The position numbers and the translations under genes were made by a program. From Escherichia coli (GTDB taxonomy: Bacteria; Pseudomonadota; Gammaproteobacteria; Enterobacterales; Enterobacteriaceae): a stretch of 64,000 nucleotides of DNA. Shown piece after piece: positions 10,169 to 19,415 of this stretch (position 1 is its first letter; each line of letters begins with the position of its first letter). The stretch is from assembly GCF_024502345.1 (NCBI RefSeq), contig NZ_JALDNN010000001.1, one strand, 5' to 3'. A model generated the notes under the pieces. The model did no database searches, was not told the origin of the DNA, and was given only the letters and a program-made list of their open reading frames with translations.

Positions 10169-10798
10169 ATGACCTTAGAATGGTGGTTTGCCTACCTGCT
10201 GACATCGATCATTTTAAGCCTGTCGCCAGGCTCTGGTGCAATCAACACTATGACCACCTCGCTCAACCACGGTTATCGCGGCGCGGTGGCGTCTATTGCT
10301 GGGCTTCAGACCGGACTGGCGATTCATATTGTGCTGGTTGGCGTGGGGTTGGGGACGCTATTTTCCCGCTCAGTGATTGCGTTTGAAGTGTTGAAGTGGG
10401 CAGGCGCGGCTTACTTGATTTGGCTTGGGATCCAGCAATGGCGCGCCGCTGGCGCAATTGATCTTAAATCGCTGGCCTCTACTCAATCGCGTCGACATTT
10501 GTTCCAGCGCGCAGTTTTTGTGAATCTCACCAATCCCAAAAGTATTGTGTTTCTGGCGGCGCTATTTCCGCAATTCATCATGCCGCAACAGCCGCAACAG
10601 CCGCAACTGATGCAGTATATCGTGCTCGGCGTCACCACTATTGTGGTCGATATTATTGTGATGATCGGTTACGCCACCCTTGCTCAACGGATTGCTCTAT
10701 GGATTAAAGGACCAAAGCAGATGAAGGCGCTGAATAAGATTTTCGGCTCGTTGTTTATGCTGGTGGGAGCGCTGTTAGCATCGGCGAGGCATGCGTGA
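10169..10798 (+). CDS. rhtB: LysE/RhtB-family homoserine/homoserine-lactone exporter
   Basis: 209-aa membrane ORF, LysE-family; divergent partner of rhtC as in K-12. Confidence 0.9.
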   Translation: MTLEWWFAYLLTSIILSLSPGSGAINTMTTSLNHGYRGAVASIAGLQTGLAIHIVLVGVGLGTLFSRSVIAFEVLKWAGAAYLIWLGIQQWRAAGAIDLKSLASTQSRRHLFQRAVFVNLTNPKSIVFLAALFPQFIMPQQPQQPQLMQYIVLGVTTIVVDIIVMIGYATLAQRIALWIKGPKQMKALNKIFGSLFMLVGALLASARHA

Positions 10799-10806
10799 AA
10801 AATAAT

Positions 10807-10836
10807 GTCGGATGCGGCGTAAACGCCTTATCCGAC
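10807..10836. repeat. REP element
   Basis: GTCGGATGCGGCGTAAACGCCTTATCCGAC palindrome between convergent rhtB and rhtC. Confidence 0.6.
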
Positions 10837-10859
10837 TTACTCTGAAGACGCGTCTGGCA

Positions 10860-11480
10860 TCACCGCGAAATAATCAAATGAATGCCAAATCCGGCAAATA
10901 ACGCCCCGGCAAAACCATCAATCCACTTCGCCAGACGTTGATAACCACGGCGCATTTGCGGCAGGGCAAACAGGCTGGCAACGACGGTAAACCACGCCAG
11001 TGTTTCGATAATAATCAACGCGAAAATGCCCCAGCGCTCAGTGGTGCCGACGTTATCGCCGACAAACAGCGAGAATACCGAACCAAAGTAGATAATCGCT
11101 TTCGGATTAGCGAGATTGGTCAGTAAACCTTTCAGGAAACTGCGCCCGCTTTTCGCCAGCTCAATCTGTGGTGCAGGCGCAGATACAGCCTCTTTTTTCA
11201 GTGCACCGCGTAGCATCTGGTAACCCATCCAGCAGAGATACAGGCCACCGCCAACCATAATCAGCGTATGCAGCCAGGCCATTTTTTCGATAATCAAATG
11301 CAGGCCAAGCAACGCAATCCCAGCCCAAACCATTACACCGCAGGTAATGCCCAGCACGCCCATCATCGCTTCTTTACGGGAACGACTGACAGCGGTCTGA
11401 GAGACAAAAAAGAAATCGGGACCGGGGCTCATAAGCGCCACAATATGCACCATGGCGACGGTGAGAAATAACATCAACAT
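10860..11480 (-). CDS. rhtC: LysE/RhtB-family threonine exporter
   Basis: 206-aa membrane ORF paralogous to rhtB; synteny. Confidence 0.9.
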   Translation of the reverse strand: MLMLFLTVAMVHIVALMSPGPDFFFVSQTAVSRSRKEAMMGVLGITCGVMVWAGIALLGLHLIIEKMAWLHTLIMVGGGLYLCWMGYQMLRGALKKEAVSAPAPQIELAKSGRSFLKGLLTNLANPKAIIYFGSVFSLFVGDNVGTTERWGIFALIIIETLAWFTVVASLFALPQMRRGYQRLAKWIDGFAGALFAGFGIHLIISR

Positions 11481-11543
11481 ACATTTGACTCGCGGGGGAA
11501 ACGTTTACGGAGTCTTCATCCTGGCACTTTTTTATGCCGCTGA

Positions 11544-13379
11544 CTACTCTTCGTCGTCGCCGTCGACATGCGCACGAATCAGCGTCATAAACGGTTTGCC
11601 AAAGCGTTCCAGCTTGCGCATCCCAACGCCGTTAACGCTGAGCATTTCGCTGGCGGTGATCGGCATCTGTTCAGCCATCTCAATCAAGGTTGCGTCGTTA
11701 AACACCACGTACGGCGGGACATTGCTTTCATCGGCAATCGATTTACGCAGTTTGCGTAATTTGGCGAACAGTTTGCGATCATAGTTGCCGCCGAACGATT
11801 TCTGCATCGCTTTCGGTTTGAGCGCCACGATACGCGGCACGGCAAGTTGCAAAGAGGATTCGCCGCGCAGCACCGGGCGCGCGGCCTCTGTCAGTTGGAG
11901 GGCAGAATGCTGGGCAATATTTTGCGTCACCAGGCCGAGGTGAATCAGCTGGCGGATCACGCTCACCCAATGTTCATGGCTTTTATCACGGCCCATGCCA
12001 TAGACTTTCAGTTTGTCATGACCATAGTCGCGGATACGCTGGTTATTAGCACCACGAATCACTTCCACCACATAACCCATCCCAAACCGCTGATTCACAC
12101 GACCAATGGTGGAAAGCGCAATCTGTGCATCGGTTGAACCGTCGTACTGTTTCGGCGGATCGAGGCAGATATCGCAGTTTCCGCACGGCTCCTGCCGCCC
12201 TTCGCCAAAGTAGTTCAGCAGTACCAGACGACGGCAAGTTTGCGCTTCGGCAAACGCGCCCATCGCATTGAGTTTGTGGCGCTCGATATCCTGCAACTGC
12301 CCCTGCGGCTTCTCTTCCAGACAACGGCGCAGCCACGCCATATCAGCCGGATCGTAAAACAGCATCGCTTCCGCAGGCAGGCCATCACGCCCGGCGCGAC
12401 CGGTTTCCTGATAATAGGATTCGATATTGCGCGGAATATCAAAGTGGACCACGAAGCGAACGTTTGGTTTATTGATGCCCATGCCGAACGCCACCGTCGC
12501 CACCACAATTTGCAGGTCATCGCGCTGGAATTTCTCCTGCACGTCGGCGCGGACATTATTTTCCAGCCCGGCATGATAGGCCGCCGCGCTAATACCCTTG
12601 CTTTGCAGGCGCGCAGCGGTGTCTTCTACTTTCGCCCGGCTGTTGCAGTAGATAATGCCGGACTTACCGCGCTGTTCCTGCACGTAGCGCATCAACTGAT
12701 CGAGCGGTTTGAATTTCTCCATCAGCATGTAGCGAATATTCGGACGGTCAAAACTGCTGATTTGAATCAGCGGATCGTTCAGCCCCAGCAGGCGCACGAT
12801 ATCCTGGCGCGTGGTGTCGTCGGCTGTGGCGGTCAGCGCCATAAACGGCAGCGTCGGGAACCGCTGGCGCAACTGACCGAGCGCGGCATATTCCGGGCGG
12901 AAATCGTGGCCCCATTGGGAGATACAGTGCGCTTCATCAACGGCTAATAACACCGGATTCCAGTGCGCCAGATGCTCAAGAAAGTTATCCAGCATCAGGC
13001 GTTCCGGGGCGATATAAAGCAGACGAATTTGCCCGGTGCGGCAGCCTGTCATCACTTCAAGTTGCTGTTCGCGGGTTTGCGTCGAGTTAAGGCACGCCGC
13101 CGCCACGCCGTTGGCTTGCAGTTGATCCACCTGATCTTTCATCAACGAAATCAGCGGTGAAACAATCACGGTAAGGCCGTTTAGCAATAAGGCAGGAATT
13201 TGATAGCAAAGGGATTTTCCGCCACCGGTGGGCATGACGACCAGGCAATCGCGACCGGAAAGCACAGTGTCGATAATTTCTTCCTGGCCGGGGCGAAACT
13301 GTTGGTAGCCAAAGGTTTCTTGTAAAACCTGTTTAGCTCCGGACTCCAGATTCAACACTTCCGCCTGCGCCACATTCAC
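11544..13379 (-). CDS. recQ: ATP-dependent DNA helicase RecQ (start may be the GTG at 13373)
   Basis: Walker A PTGGGKS, DEAH box ([15 protein letters not shown]), zinc-binding CGNCDIC, C-terminal HRDC region. Confidence 0.95.
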   Translation of the reverse strand: MNVAQAEVLNLESGAKQVLQETFGYQQFRPGQEEIIDTVLSGRDCLVVMPTGGGKSLCYQIPALLLNGLTVIVSPLISLMKDQVDQLQANGVAAACLNSTQTREQQLEVMTGCRTGQIRLLYIAPERLMLDNFLEHLAHWNPVLLAVDEAHCISQWGHDFRPEYAALGQLRQRFPTLPFMALTATADDTTRQDIVRLLGLNDPLIQISSFDRPNIRYMLMEKFKPLDQLMRYVQEQRGKSGIIYCNSRAKVEDTAARLQSKGISAAAYHAGLENNVRADVQEKFQRDDLQIVVATVAFGMGINKPNVRFVVHFDIPRNIESYYQETGRAGRDGLPAEAMLFYDPADMAWLRRCLEEKPQGQLQDIERHKLNAMGAFAEAQTCRRLVLLNYFGEGRQEPCGNCDICLDPPKQYDGSTDAQIALSTIGRVNQRFGMGYVVEVIRGANNQRIRDYGHDKLKVYGMGRDKSHEHWVSVIRQLIHLGLVTQNIAQHSALQLTEAARPVLRGESSLQLAVPRIVALKPKAMQKSFGGNYDRKLFAKLRKLRKSIADESNVPPYVVFNDATLIEMAEQMPITASEMLSVNGVGMRKLERFGKPFMTLIRAHVDGDDEE

Positions 13380-13505
13380 CCCGATTGCCTGAAATAAAAA
13401 CAGGCGCTATTTTCAGCGCCTGCGCGAGAAACTGCAATGCTTTTAGTCTCTGAGAGGGTAATCCTGGATGCTGGATTCCAGATTTGCCAACCACTCAACC
13501 GTTCA

Positions 13506-14375
13506 TCAAAACAAATCGTTTAGCATAACCCCCACACCGACACGGGTCTGGTTGAAGTTATAGTCGATGAGCGATTCGCCATAGCCGCTGTAAACCTGAG
13601 TATAAAGGCGCACATGTTTGGTGATCGGGTAACTTAAGCCTAACTCCGCGCCGCCGTAGCCGGTGTTCCAGTTGTACTGTCCTTTCGCACTGAGCACCGC
13701 ATCACCGAGGTGATAGCCGATTTTAAGCTGGTAGTAACCCATATATTTGGTGATATCCGGGTTATCGTCAGTATTACCCACCACATACCACGGCTTCACT
13801 TCTACCAGCCAGTTACCGTTTTCTGCCATCAGGCGAGTATAAAGGCGGTTCCAGCTGCGGGAGGTCGGGTCTGAACGCCCGTTAGAGTCGTGGTTATACC
13901 CCATCTCCACATCGCGCAGTGTCCAGCCTGCAAAACGGTAATCGGTGGCAAAACCGAGGAACAATTGCGGTTCGTAGTTGGTTTCACGAAACGGTGAAGA
14001 CTCTTCGCTATTGGACAGTTGCCACCAGGATTTTTGCGTATAAGACGCACCCAACACCGAGTTCGGGCCTAAAATCCCACGCCACAGCGGAAATGCCAGG
14101 CTCAACTGAAACTTTACTTCATCCTTACGCGCATTTTCCGCCCAGTCGTAACTGGCAATCGCTTCTTTATTCAGATCGCTGGTTTGTGTGTAGATGAGGT
14201 AGTTGGTGTCATAAGGATAGAGCGTGAACGGATTATCATGCTCCTGCAGCATATTGGCGATAATACTGCCACGCACCGCTGGCGCGTCATGCACCTCTTT
14301 CACCGTTGCCTCTTGTGCATATACTGCCATAGGCAACATAAACACCGGCAACAACCAGCCCTGCAGAGTCCGCAT
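13506..14375 (-). CDS. pldA: Outer membrane phospholipase A
   Basis: 289-aa ORF with signal peptide; beta-barrel phospholipase A family; synteny. Confidence 0.95.
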   Translation of the reverse strand: MRTLQGWLLPVFMLPMAVYAQEATVKEVHDAPAVRGSIIANMLQEHDNPFTLYPYDTNYLIYTQTSDLNKEAIASYDWAENARKDEVKFQLSLAFPLWRGILGPNSVLGASYTQKSWWQLSNSEESSPFRETNYEPQLFLGFATDYRFAGWTLRDVEMGYNHDSNGRSDPTSRSWNRLYTRLMAENGNWLVEVKPWYVVGNTDDNPDITKYMGYYQLKIGYHLGDAVLSAKGQYNWNTGYGGAELGLSYPITKHVRLYTQVYSGYGESLIDYNFNQTRVGVGVMLNDLF

Positions 14376-14539
14376 CGGTCGTGTTCTCCGTAACGAATTA
14401 TTGATAAGGTGAATGTTTTTCTGCGGGCTATTTTACATACTTAACTCCATTGCCGTTAGTTATCCCTTCCTAAAGTAGAAACCAACAACAAAGAAGCATA
14501 AAATCAACATTTCATTAACCAATGAAGTGTAAGGATGAT

Positions 14540-15007
14540 ATGTCTGCCGTACTGACCGCTGAACAAGCCCTGAAATTAGTGGGTGAGATGTTTGTTTATC
14601 ACATGCCATTTAACCGCGCATTGGGGATGGAACTGGAGCGTTACGAAAAAGAGTTCGCACAGCTGGCCTTTAAAAATCAGCCGATGATGGTGGGTAACTG
14701 GGCGCAAAGCATTTTGCACGGCGGAGTCATTGCGTCGGCGCTGGATGTCGCCGCCGGTCTGGTGTGCGTGGGAAGTACCTTAACCCGCCACGAAACCATC
14801 AGTGAAGATGAACTACGCCAGCGGCTATCGCGGATGGGGACCATTGATCTTCGCGTTGATTATCTGCGCCCAGGCAGGGGCGAGCGTTTTACTGCTACCA
14901 GTAGCCTGTTGCGTGCAGGCAATAAAGTCGCCGTCGCCCGCGTTGAATTACACAATGAAGAACAGCTTTATATTGCCAGTGCCACCGCCACCTATATGGT
15001 AGGTTGA
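14540..15007 (+). CDS. yigI: PaaI/hotdog-fold thioesterase
   Basis: Start MSAVLTAEQ.. preceded by AAGGA; hotdog thioesterase family; synteny. Confidence 0.8.
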   Translation: MSAVLTAEQALKLVGEMFVYHMPFNRALGMELERYEKEFAQLAFKNQPMMVGNWAQSILHGGVIASALDVAAGLVCVGSTLTRHETISEDELRQRLSRMGTIDLRVDYLRPGRGERFTATSSLLRAGNKVAVARVELHNEEQLYIASATATYMVG

Positions 15008-15058
15008 AGACATAAAAGCAGGTAAACTGCTGTTACCAATTAAAAATGAGTATTCCCG

Positions 15059-15946
15059 ATGGATGCAAAACAAACGCGGCAGGGCGTATTACTCGCTCTT
15101 GCCGCTTATTTTATTTGGGGTATTGCGCCAGCATACTTCAAGCTGATTTACTACGTGCCCGCCGATGAAATCCTGACGCATCGCGTGATCTGGTCGTTTT
15201 TCTTTATGGTGGTGCTGATGAGCATTTGCCGCCAGTGGTCCTATTTAAAAACGCTGATTCAGACGCCACAGAAAATTTTTATGCTGGCAGTCTCTGCCGT
15301 GCTGATTGGTGGCAACTGGCTACTGTTTATCTGGGCGGTGAACAATCACCATATGCTGGAAGCGAGCCTTGGTTACTTTATTAACCCGCTGGTGAACATT
15401 GTGCTGGGGATGATTTTCCTCGGCGAGCGATTCCGCCGGATGCAATGGCTGGCGGTGATTCTGGCGATATGTGGCGTGTTAGTCCAGCTGTGGACTTTTG
15501 GTTCGCTACCTATTATCGCGCTGGGACTGGCATTTAGTTTTGCCTTCTACGGTCTGGTACGCAAGAAGATTGCCGTTGAAGCGCAAACCGGCATGTTAAT
15601 TGAAACCATGTGGCTGCTGCCCGTGGCGGCAATTTACCTGTTTGCTATTGCCGACAGCTCAACCAGCCATATGGGGCAAAACCCGATGTCGCTGAATTTA
15701 CTGCTGATCGCCGCCGGTATTGTCACTACCGTACCGCTGTTGTGTTTTACCGCCGCTGCCACGCGCTTGCGTCTCTCAACGTTAGGCTTTTTCCAGTACA
15801 TTGGCCCGACGCTGATGTTCCTGCTGGCTGTGACGTTTTATGGTGAAAAACCGGGTGCCGATAAGATGGTGACTTTCGCCTTTATTTGGGTGGCGCTGGC
15901 AATTTTTGTGATGGATGCGATTTATACGCAGCGTAGAAAAAGTTAA
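15059..15946 (+). CDS. rarD: EamA/DMT-family membrane protein RarD
   Basis: 295-aa polytopic membrane ORF; synteny. Confidence 0.9.
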   Translation: MDAKQTRQGVLLALAAYFIWGIAPAYFKLIYYVPADEILTHRVIWSFFFMVVLMSICRQWSYLKTLIQTPQKIFMLAVSAVLIGGNWLLFIWAVNNHHMLEASLGYFINPLVNIVLGMIFLGERFRRMQWLAVILAICGVLVQLWTFGSLPIIALGLAFSFAFYGLVRKKIAVEAQTGMLIETMWLLPVAAIYLFAIADSSTSHMGQNPMSLNLLLIAAGIVTTVPLLCFTAAATRLRLSTLGFFQYIGPTLMFLLAVTFYGEKPGADKMVTFAFIWVALAIFVMDAIYTQRRKS

Positions 15947-15956
15947 GAATTAACAT

Positions 15957-16005
15957 GGGTAGGCCGTTTAATGAGCCTACCCACTGACTTATTTATCTTT
16001 TTTTG
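15957..16005. terminator. Hairpin GGGTAGGC/GCCTACCC followed by T-rich run; candidate bidirectional terminator after rarD
   Basis: 8-bp perfect stem read from sequence, then TTATTTATCTTTTTTTG. Confidence 0.55.
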
Positions 16006-16337
16006 AAAAAAATTAAGATAAGAAAAAGAACAATATTTGTTACAGGAAGTACCCCCAAAACTCCCCAGTACTTACTCCATCCTAGAGACATCGTATATCT
16101 ACCAAGGATTTGACAAAACCCAAAACTTAACCCTATACCTATACTTCTTAAATTTAATGTCGTAGTCAGGCTTAAAATAAATAGAACAAGGATGGTAATA
16201 GCCCACCACAATAACCATGCCTTAACAAAATCAGATTTTTTGCTGTAAGGTTCTTTACCCAAGAACAACTGCCAAAAGTTACCATTCCCCATATAGAATC
16301 CATTCCCCAAGATATTGTTTATAGAATAAAAATACAT
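15993..16337 (-). CDS. Small hypothetical inner-membrane protein (114 aa, two predicted TM helices), AT-rich
   Basis: ORF with hydrophobic segments AWLLWWAITILVLFILSL and WGVLGVLPVTNIVLFLILIFF; possibly the yigG-position gene; identity not verified. Confidence 0.4.
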   Translation of the reverse strand: MYFYSINNILGNGFYMGNGNFWQLFLGKEPYSKKSDFVKAWLLWWAITILVLFILSLTTTLNLRSIGIGLSFGFCQILGRYTMSLGWSKYWGVLGVLPVTNIVLFLILIFFKKR

Positions 16338-16616
16338 TCCAATTATATTTAATTAAAATATACCCCATCAATAAAAACTTACACACTCTAAATTACTACT
16401 GTATAGTTATCAATGCAAAGACTGCTATATTGCATATATATATGCAAACCTCATAATTCAGGTAATATATATATTCAAAACAATTATATATAAAAAACAA
16501 TGTAAAAAATATTCAAATCATCCATCAGAAATATATTCTACCCATCCAGGCTTGAGCATTTATCACGCTTTCAGTTCATAATCTATACATTAACATCATG
16601 GTCAATATTAATAACT

Positions 16617-16895
16617 TTGAATGATATCAACCTGGCTTTGAGTTTTATTCTGGTTATTAATAATACCTATGTAAATATCAATATTGGAGCAAAAAGAATA
16701 AGAGATACTGGATGTAAGGCAATCTACTTTGTATTGATTTCATTGGGTTTGACACTTTTTTCTATTATCTCTGCAGCAATTGAAGGGGTGAGATGTGAGT
16801 CATTAAGCGTCCAACTCAACGTGGCATGGATATTATTCACAACAATTATGTTATCTGCGATTCCCTCGGCTAAAATGTCGCTGTCAGCACACTAA
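16617..16895 (+). CDS. Small hypothetical membrane ORF (92 aa, TTG start, no ATG in open upstream frame); possibly a 5'-truncated remnant, DUF805-like RIRDTG motif
   Basis: Hydrophobic ORF; in-frame upstream sequence is open to 16506 without a Met codon. Confidence 0.3.
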   Translation: MNDINLALSFILVINNTYVNINIGAKRIRDTGCKAIYFVLISLGLTLFSIISAAIEGVRCESLSVQLNVAWILFTTIMLSAIPSAKMSLSAH

Positions 16896-16919
16896 CTTAC
16901 TCACAGCGACATCGTATAG

Positions 16920-17062
16920 TTACAGCCAGTTCTTGCGCTTAAAGTACAGATACGGTGCCAGGCCCGCGAGGATCATAAAGATAATCGCGCCTGGGTAGCC
17001 GAAACTCCACTTCAGTTCTGGCATAAACTCAAAGTTCATGCCATAGCTGGAGGCAATCGGCG
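16920..17062 (-). pseudogene. Duplicated, diverged 3' fragment of corA (last ~47 codons, about 95 percent identical to 19416-19558)
   Basis: Encodes [48 protein letters not shown], near-identical to the CorA C-terminus; homology ends abruptly near 17062. Confidence 0.85.
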
Positions 17063-17233
17063 TAGGAAAAAGTTTCCTAATCGGTAAATTCAATATTTTG
17101 TTATTAACAATGAGCAAGACCAATCATTAACGACGTTCTCTTCAGAGATGTAATGAAAAAATGTGAAGTGTACTTCTTTTTTAAATATTTTTTTACCCTA
17201 GCATTTGTTCTCAAATTGGGTAATGACTCCAAC

Positions 17234-17737
17234 TTATTGATAGTGTTTTATGTTCAGATAATGCCCGATGACTTTGTCATGCAGCTCCACCGATTTTGAG
17301 AACGACAGCGACTTCCGTCCCAGCCGTGCCAGGTGCTGCCTCAGATTCAGGTTATGCCGCTCAATTCGCTGCGTATATCGCTTGCTGATTACGTGCAGCT
17401 TTCCCTTCAGGCGGGATTCATACAGCGGCCAGCCATCCGTCATCCATATCACCACGTCAAAGGGTGACAGCAGGCTCATAAGACGCCCCAGCGTCGCCAT
17501 AGTGCGTTCACCGAATACGTGCGCAACAACCGTCTTCCGGAGCCTGTCATACGCGTAAAACAGCCAGCGCTGGCGCGATTTAGCCCCGACGTATCCCCAC
17601 TGTTCGTCCATTTCCGCGCAGACGATGACGTCACTGCCCGGCTGTATGCGCGAGGTTACCGACTGCGGCCTGAGTTTTTTAAATGGCGGAAAATCGTGTT
17701 GAGGCCAACGCCCATAATGCGGGCGGTTGCCCGGCAT
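17234..17737 (-). CDS. insB: IS1 InsB (expressed as InsAB' transposase by -1 frameshift)
   Basis: 167-aa ORF typical of IS1 InsB, overlapping insA 3' end. Confidence 0.95.
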   Translation of the reverse strand: MPGNRPHYGRWPQHDFPPFKKLRPQSVTSRIQPGSDVIVCAEMDEQWGYVGAKSRQRWLFYAYDRLRKTVVAHVFGERTMATLGRLMSLLSPFDVVIWMTDGWPLYESRLKGKLHVISKRYTQRIERHNLNLRQHLARLGRKSLSFSKSVELHDKVIGHYLNIKHYQ

Positions 17738-17931
17738 CCAACGCCATTCATGGCCATATCAATGATTTTCTGGTGCGTACCGGGTTGAGAAGCGGTGTAA
17801 GTGAACTGCAGTTGCCATGTTTTACGGCAGTGAGAGCAGAGATAGCGCTGATGTCCGGCGGTGCTTTTGCCGTTACGCACCACCCCGTCAGTAGCTGAAC
17901 AGGAGGGACAGCTGATAGAAACAGAAGCCAC
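17656..17931 (-). CDS. insA: IS1 InsA
   Basis: 91-aa [46 protein letters not shown].. identical in character to IS1 InsA. Confidence 0.95.
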   Translation of the reverse strand: MASVSISCPSCSATDGVVRNGKSTAGHQRYLCSHCRKTWQLQFTYTASQPGTHQKIIDMAMNGVGCRATARIMGVGLNTIFRHLKNSGRSR

Positions 17932-18029
17932 TGGAGCACCTCAAAAACACCATCATACACTAAATCAGTAAGTTGGCAGCATCACCCTCAAATTGATATT
18001 GAGCTTAAATATAACCAAGGAAAATGTAA

Positions 18030-18886
18030 ATGAATAACACATTACTTCCATCAATTAATATTCCCTGTACACTTTTCGAAACTATTAGTTTATTTGATGA
18101 TTATTCTGCTGATGATATGCAATATGGTGATATGGTGATATGGTAGAACAAGATTTTCTCTCACTCGGCCTAAGCGATATCTCAGCAAAAGTTGATCCTT
18201 ACAGACTTATTAAATACCATTTCCCTAGCCCAGGTTCTATTAATGTTGCTTTTAGTGCCTCAAGTTCCGGAACAAAAATATCACAACGTGAATGCACTGA
18301 TATTTTATTTGCAGAAATGAAAGAACTAGCAAAAATGTTTTCCTTTTTTGGACAATATAAAACACTTATCGAAGATCTGATTGAACATTTTAGATATGGA
18401 AATGGCAGCAATTTTCATAGCCAACAATTAAATTTATCTTTTCATGAAAAAATAAATAAATATGGTTATAATAGTCCAATACGAATAATCAAAGAATGTA
18501 TCGAAAATGGCATTAATTCAACTCCCTCGACAGGATACCAACCTCTTATCCTGCAAAGCATTAAAACCAAATTACTTTCATCAAGACTAAATAAATTTAA
18601 TGACTTCGAGGACAGTTTTAATGGCTTAGGAATCAGTGTTCATGATATTTCAGCTCAAAAAATATCTCTTTTAAGTTTTCAAAAATACGCTATAGGATGG
18701 AGTGCAACAATTCATTTTGTAGCACAGGACCACTTCGGTCTTGATGTAACTGATATCAAAAACAAGACTTACAGCAAATATAGATTTTTTCGCATATGGT
18801 TCTTTTTACAACGGCATAAAGACTTTGCTTTCAAACCTTTTTTCACCAATTTTAACACTATCGAAAGAATCGAAAATTATCTATGA
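18030..18886 (+). CDS. Hypothetical protein, first gene of accessory two-gene cassette; currently split: 38-codon leader ORF (18030-18146) plus 248-aa ORF (18140-18886) separated by an 8-bp tandem-repeat frameshift
   Basis: ATG 18030 preceded by AAGGA at 9 nt; removing one 8-bp repeat unit fuses the two ORFs into about 283 aa; AT-rich; no recognisable family motif by eye. Confidence 0.55.
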
Positions 18887-19374
18887 AAAGCAAACTCCAG
18901 AAAATTATATTATGTTTATTTCTTCTATGCTGCATCTATAATTTATGGACATTGCGTCCTGTACAGATTTTGTATACATACTCTGATGCTGGCAATTCAG
19001 TCTTTCTGGTCGTTGATCATCTGCCATGGACTGACAGCGATAAAATAAATTGGTATCTGAAGCATCAGAATGAAATTAAAAATCAACATCCCCTACCAGA
19101 AGGTAGTTGGCATACCTGGTATGTCATTGATATCGGTAATGGCTTCACTGACTATAAAAAATATATCGAAGGGCCGTATGAAGATCTCTACTGTTTCCCG
19201 ACAATTAAGAGCAATGATAATTGCATCGTGAAAAATTACTTAATGGTTATTAATGAATACCCTTATCGTAACACTCATATTGTTATTAACGATTTTACTG
19301 AGTATCAATTAACACAAGAAAATAAAATAGAGCGAGTTTTCAATCCGCATGACTTTAAAAAAGACAATTTTTAG
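18883..19374 (+). CDS. Hypothetical signal-anchored/exported small protein (163 aa), second gene of cassette, translationally coupled (ATGA overlap)
   Basis: N-terminal hydrophobic segment KIILCLFLLCCIYNLW; start overlaps stop of upstream gene; AT-rich. Confidence 0.6.
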   Translation: MKSKLQKIILCLFLLCCIYNLWTLRPVQILYTYSDAGNSVFLVVDHLPWTDSDKINWYLKHQNEIKNQHPLPEGSWHTWYVIDIGNGFTDYKKYIEGPYEDLYCFPTIKSNDNCIVKNYLMVINEYPYRNTHIVINDFTEYQLTQENKIERVFNPHDFKKDNF

Positions 19375-19380
19375 AAATAA

Positions 19381-19408
19381 GCCGGATAAAAAAATAGCTT
19401 TATCCGGC
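19381..19408. terminator. REP-like hairpin GCCGGATAAA/TTTATCCGGC between convergent cassette gene and corA
   Basis: 10-bp perfect inverted repeat with 8-nt loop read from sequence. Confidence 0.5.
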
Positions 19409-19415
19409 ACTCATA

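Larger units (their letters stand above)
17219..17986 (-). mobile_element. IS1, complete 768-bp copy with terminal inverted repeats and 9-bp target-site duplication CTCAAATTG (17210-17218 and 17987-17995)
   Basis: Ends GGTAATGACTCCAACTTATTGATAGTG.. and ..CAGTAAGTTGGCAGCATCACC match IS1 termini; identical flanking 9-mers read from sequence. Confidence 0.95.

Noticed and set aside
10540-10620. CCGCAACAG repeats in rhtB encoding PQQPQQPQ considered as a slippage site
   Set aside because: Only two to three imperfect 9-bp units, in-frame, within a loop region of a membrane protein; no evidence of variability.
16920-17123. 67-aa minus-strand ORF considered as an independent small gene
   Set aside because: Its C-terminal 47 residues are a copy of the CorA C-terminus and the N-terminal part is junction sequence; annotated as a corA 3' fragment instead.
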